A stretch of DNA of 27,590 nucleotides from Thermoproteota archaeon (GTDB taxonomy: Archaea; Korarchaeota; Korarchaeia; Korarchaeales; Korarchaeaceae): NCBI GenBank assembly GCA_027491395.1, contig JAOZFI010000055.1, positions 1 to 27,590 on the forward strand, written 5' to 3'. Position numbers and translations under genes: made by a program. This document shows positions 25,482 through 27,590 of the stretch, piece by piece. Numbering within the stretch: position 1 is the first letter of the stretch; every line of letters starts with the position of its first letter. A model generated the notes under the pieces. That model did not search any database. It was given only the letters and a program-made list of their open reading frames with translations, and had not been told where the DNA came from.

Positions 25482-26405
25482 ATGATTTGTATAAAGAGAG
25501 CAGGTGGAATCTATAAATATATTGTCGTTACAATACTGGTCCTCCTAATACTCCCTCCACTACTCAGCATAGCTGCCCAGCCTAGTAACAAAGATGATCA
25601 GGCGATCAAGGGTCCTACACCAGAGGAAATGAAGAAAATGGACGAAATATTGAAGAAATTAGAGGAAGAAGACAGAGAACGACCTCCGATATTCATTCCA
25701 GAGCCCAACGTATATGTGGGCACAGTTCATGAGGATCCTGAAGGGAATATACACTTAGGAAAAGGGAGGAAGATCACCGATGAAAATGGTAACTTCTTAG
25801 CGTTGAGCGGCCGTTTCACAGAAAAGGGATGTAATGCAACAGATCACTACTGGGATTTTGATGGTAACGATATGTACGTGATAAATGGAAACCATATGGT
25901 ATTCAGAAAAGTGATGTCTGCTAACTTTGCCGGGACTTACTTTTCGGTCTTCGATGGGAAACGCTGCCTCAACTGCGACTCGGGGATACAAACCGTAAGT
26001 GATTACTGGTCTCCTGATACTGTTAAAGAATATGTTGAATCTAATTATCCAGAATACACCTGGTTTCATATAAAGTACTTCATAAATTCTAGACTTGATG
26101 ACTACGTGTATAAGAATACAGAATACGTAAATATATACAAGCTCCATGGAGAACTGTGGAGCGAGGCGAATTACTACAGAAGTGACAACAGATGGGTGAA
26201 ATACGGTTATCCAGATATGTGGGGTGGAGGGGCATCGTACATTGTCGGCAAAAGGTTATTCGTCTCTGTAGGTTGCTACTACTACAACGACTTCTGGCCC
26301 TACTACTGGGACTACTATTACAGGAAATTTGGCCACCCATACATAATATATCTCTTCTCAAATTTTGGACACCAGTTCCTTATAAGGTACGTCACTAGAT
26401 GGTAA
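25482..26405 (+). CDS. Hypothetical secreted protein, Tyr/Trp-rich C-terminus
   Basis: 307 aa ORF; basic-hydrophobic signal peptide ending SIAA-QP, charged segment, aromatic-rich remainder; GAGGCGA SD-like site. Confidence 0.75.
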   Translation: MICIKRAGGIYKYIVVTILVLLILPPLLSIAAQPSNKDDQAIKGPTPEEMKKMDEILKKLEEEDRERPPIFIPEPNVYVGTVHEDPEGNIHLGKGRKITDENGNFLALSGRFTEKGCNATDHYWDFDGNDMYVINGNHMVFRKVMSANFAGTYFSVFDGKRCLNCDSGIQTVSDYWSPDTVKEYVESNYPEYTWFHIKYFINSRLDDYVYKNTEYVNIYKLHGELWSEANYYRSDNRWVKYGYPDMWGGGASYIVGKRLFVSVGCYYYNDFWPYYWDYYYRKFGHPYIIYLFSNFGHQFLIRYVTRW

Positions 26406-26506
26406 TTTTATAAAAGATATCCCTGCCTATCTCTCTTATTTTTCTGAATATCTCCGGCACCGCTGTCATTTTAATCTCTCCTAACTCACTAATTGAAGGG
26501 GCGAAG

Positions 26507-27373
26507 ATGGGCTTGGATTCGATCAGGGTAACGGCCCTAATTGATAACACCACGCACTATGAGGGCCCCATACTGGCGGAGAATGGGATCTCTCTCTTGC
26601 TTGAGACCCCGGAGTTGGATTCTACAGTTCTCATTGATACTGGTATCACAGGAGAAGCTTTGTTGAACAATGCCGAGGTTATGGGGATCGATCTCTCCAA
26701 GGTGAGATACATTTTCCTTACTCACAACCACTACGATCATACTGGTGGCCTGCTCAAGCTTTTAACCCGTGTGAACTCGAATCCCCTGATAATCGCACAT
26801 CCAGAGGTCTTCTCACCTAAGTACGCGATACTGCCATCTCTCGGTCTCAACGAGCTCACCTACACGGGGCCGCCATACTCGCTTGGGGAGCTGAAGAGAC
26901 ATGCCGAGGTCATCCTGTCGAGGGATCCCGTTCCCATAGCCAAGGACATCATGACCACAGGGGAGATCCCCCGAAAGAATGACTTTGAGATCGTGAGGGG
27001 CTTCTACAAGGTAGAAGAGGGAAGGTTCGTGGTGGACGAGCTCCCAGACGACCAAGCCTTGGTGGTGAGGATGGAGGACGGGCTGGTGATCCTGCTGGGT
27101 TGCGGCCATAGTGGGGTGGTGAACACGATAGCGAGGGCCATCTCCCTCACGGGGGAGGATAGGATAAAGGCTATCATAGGAGGATTCCACCTGATCGACG
27201 CCAGTGACGAGAGGATAGAGAGGACAGTCGAGGCTTTGAGAGAGTACAATCCGGAGATACTCGTTCCAATGCACTGCACCGGTTTCAGGGCCAAATCTAA
27301 ACTTGCGTCTCAGCTGAGGGATAGCTTCAGTGAGTTATATGCTGGGGAGAGCGTGGAAATATCCTCCCGCTGA
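26507..27373 (+). CDS. MBL-fold metallo-hydrolase (COG1237 family)
   Basis: ENGISLL, LIDTG, THNHYDHTGG, DDQAL, GCGHSG, GGFHL, MHCTG. Confidence 0.9.
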   Translation: MGLDSIRVTALIDNTTHYEGPILAENGISLLLETPELDSTVLIDTGITGEALLNNAEVMGIDLSKVRYIFLTHNHYDHTGGLLKLLTRVNSNPLIIAHPEVFSPKYAILPSLGLNELTYTGPPYSLGELKRHAEVILSRDPVPIAKDIMTTGEIPRKNDFEIVRGFYKVEEGRFVVDELPDDQALVVRMEDGLVILLGCGHSGVVNTIARAISLTGEDRIKAIIGGFHLIDASDERIERTVEALREYNPEILVPMHCTGFRAKSKLASQLRDSFSELYAGESVEISSR

Positions 27374-27412
27374 CTCGAACCTACACGCAGCTAGTTTAAT
27401 ATCTGTCCTGAT

Positions 27413-27590
27413 ATGGCGCTCGGGGGTAGCTTGACCCGAGCATCGGACGGGGAACCTCTTGTAAGGATGGAGGGAATAGTGAAGAGGTTCCCCGGAGTCT
27501 TAGCGAACGATCACGTCAATTTTGAGCTACTTCCCGGGGAAATCCATGCCCTTTTGGGTGAGAACGGGGCCGGGAAAACAACTCTCATGA
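27413..27590 (+). CDS. Sugar/nucleoside-type ABC transporter ATP-binding protein, N-terminal part (runs off window; not in ORF track)
   Basis: Manual translation ...[43 protein letters not shown]; start 27413 or TTG 27431. Confidence 0.88.
   Translation, partial: MALGGSLTRASDGEPLVRMEGIVKRFPGVLANDHVNFELLPGEIHALLGENGAGKTTLM

Noticed and set aside
1-27590. CRISPR array, tRNA, rRNA, IS element
   Set aside because: No regularly spaced repeats, cloverleaf/T-loop signatures or transposase motifs found by eye

Overview
Gene-dense window from a thermophilic archaeon (TATA-box promoters, GGTGA/GGAGG Shine-Dalgarno sites, AGG/AGA/ATA-rich codons; gene set compatible with a Korarchaeota-like lineage, which is inference). 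1-21.5 kb is core-like: partial TFS/RpoM-type zinc-ribbon gene, NYN protein, DUF373 and coiled-coil genes, a duplicated MgtE transporter, an HD hydrolase, a tightly coupled etfB-etfA-fixC-thiolase-moaD-moaE-moaC-moaA run divergent from fixX and an acyl-CoA dehydrogenase, a yunC / threonine-synthase-like-wHTH / corrinoid-protein unit, EamA, ABC and MFS transporters and a peroxiredoxin. About 21.6-26.45 kb is an accessory patch with gene relics (vapC pseudogene, AAA_14 fragment), an intact AAA_14/DUF4143 ATPase and a divergent, AT-rich pair of orphan exported proteins. Best leads: (1) a threonine-synthase-fold protein that has lost its PLP lysine and gained a C-terminal winged helix, next to an orphan B12-binding protein and bracketed by related palindromes; (2) the divergent secreted/membrane-anchored orphan pair; (3) an exact CTAAC-N5-GTTAG heat-shock-type operator at the peroxiredoxin promoter. 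No tRNA, rRNA, CRISPR array or transposase was seen. All family calls are from motif recognition by eye, not database searches.
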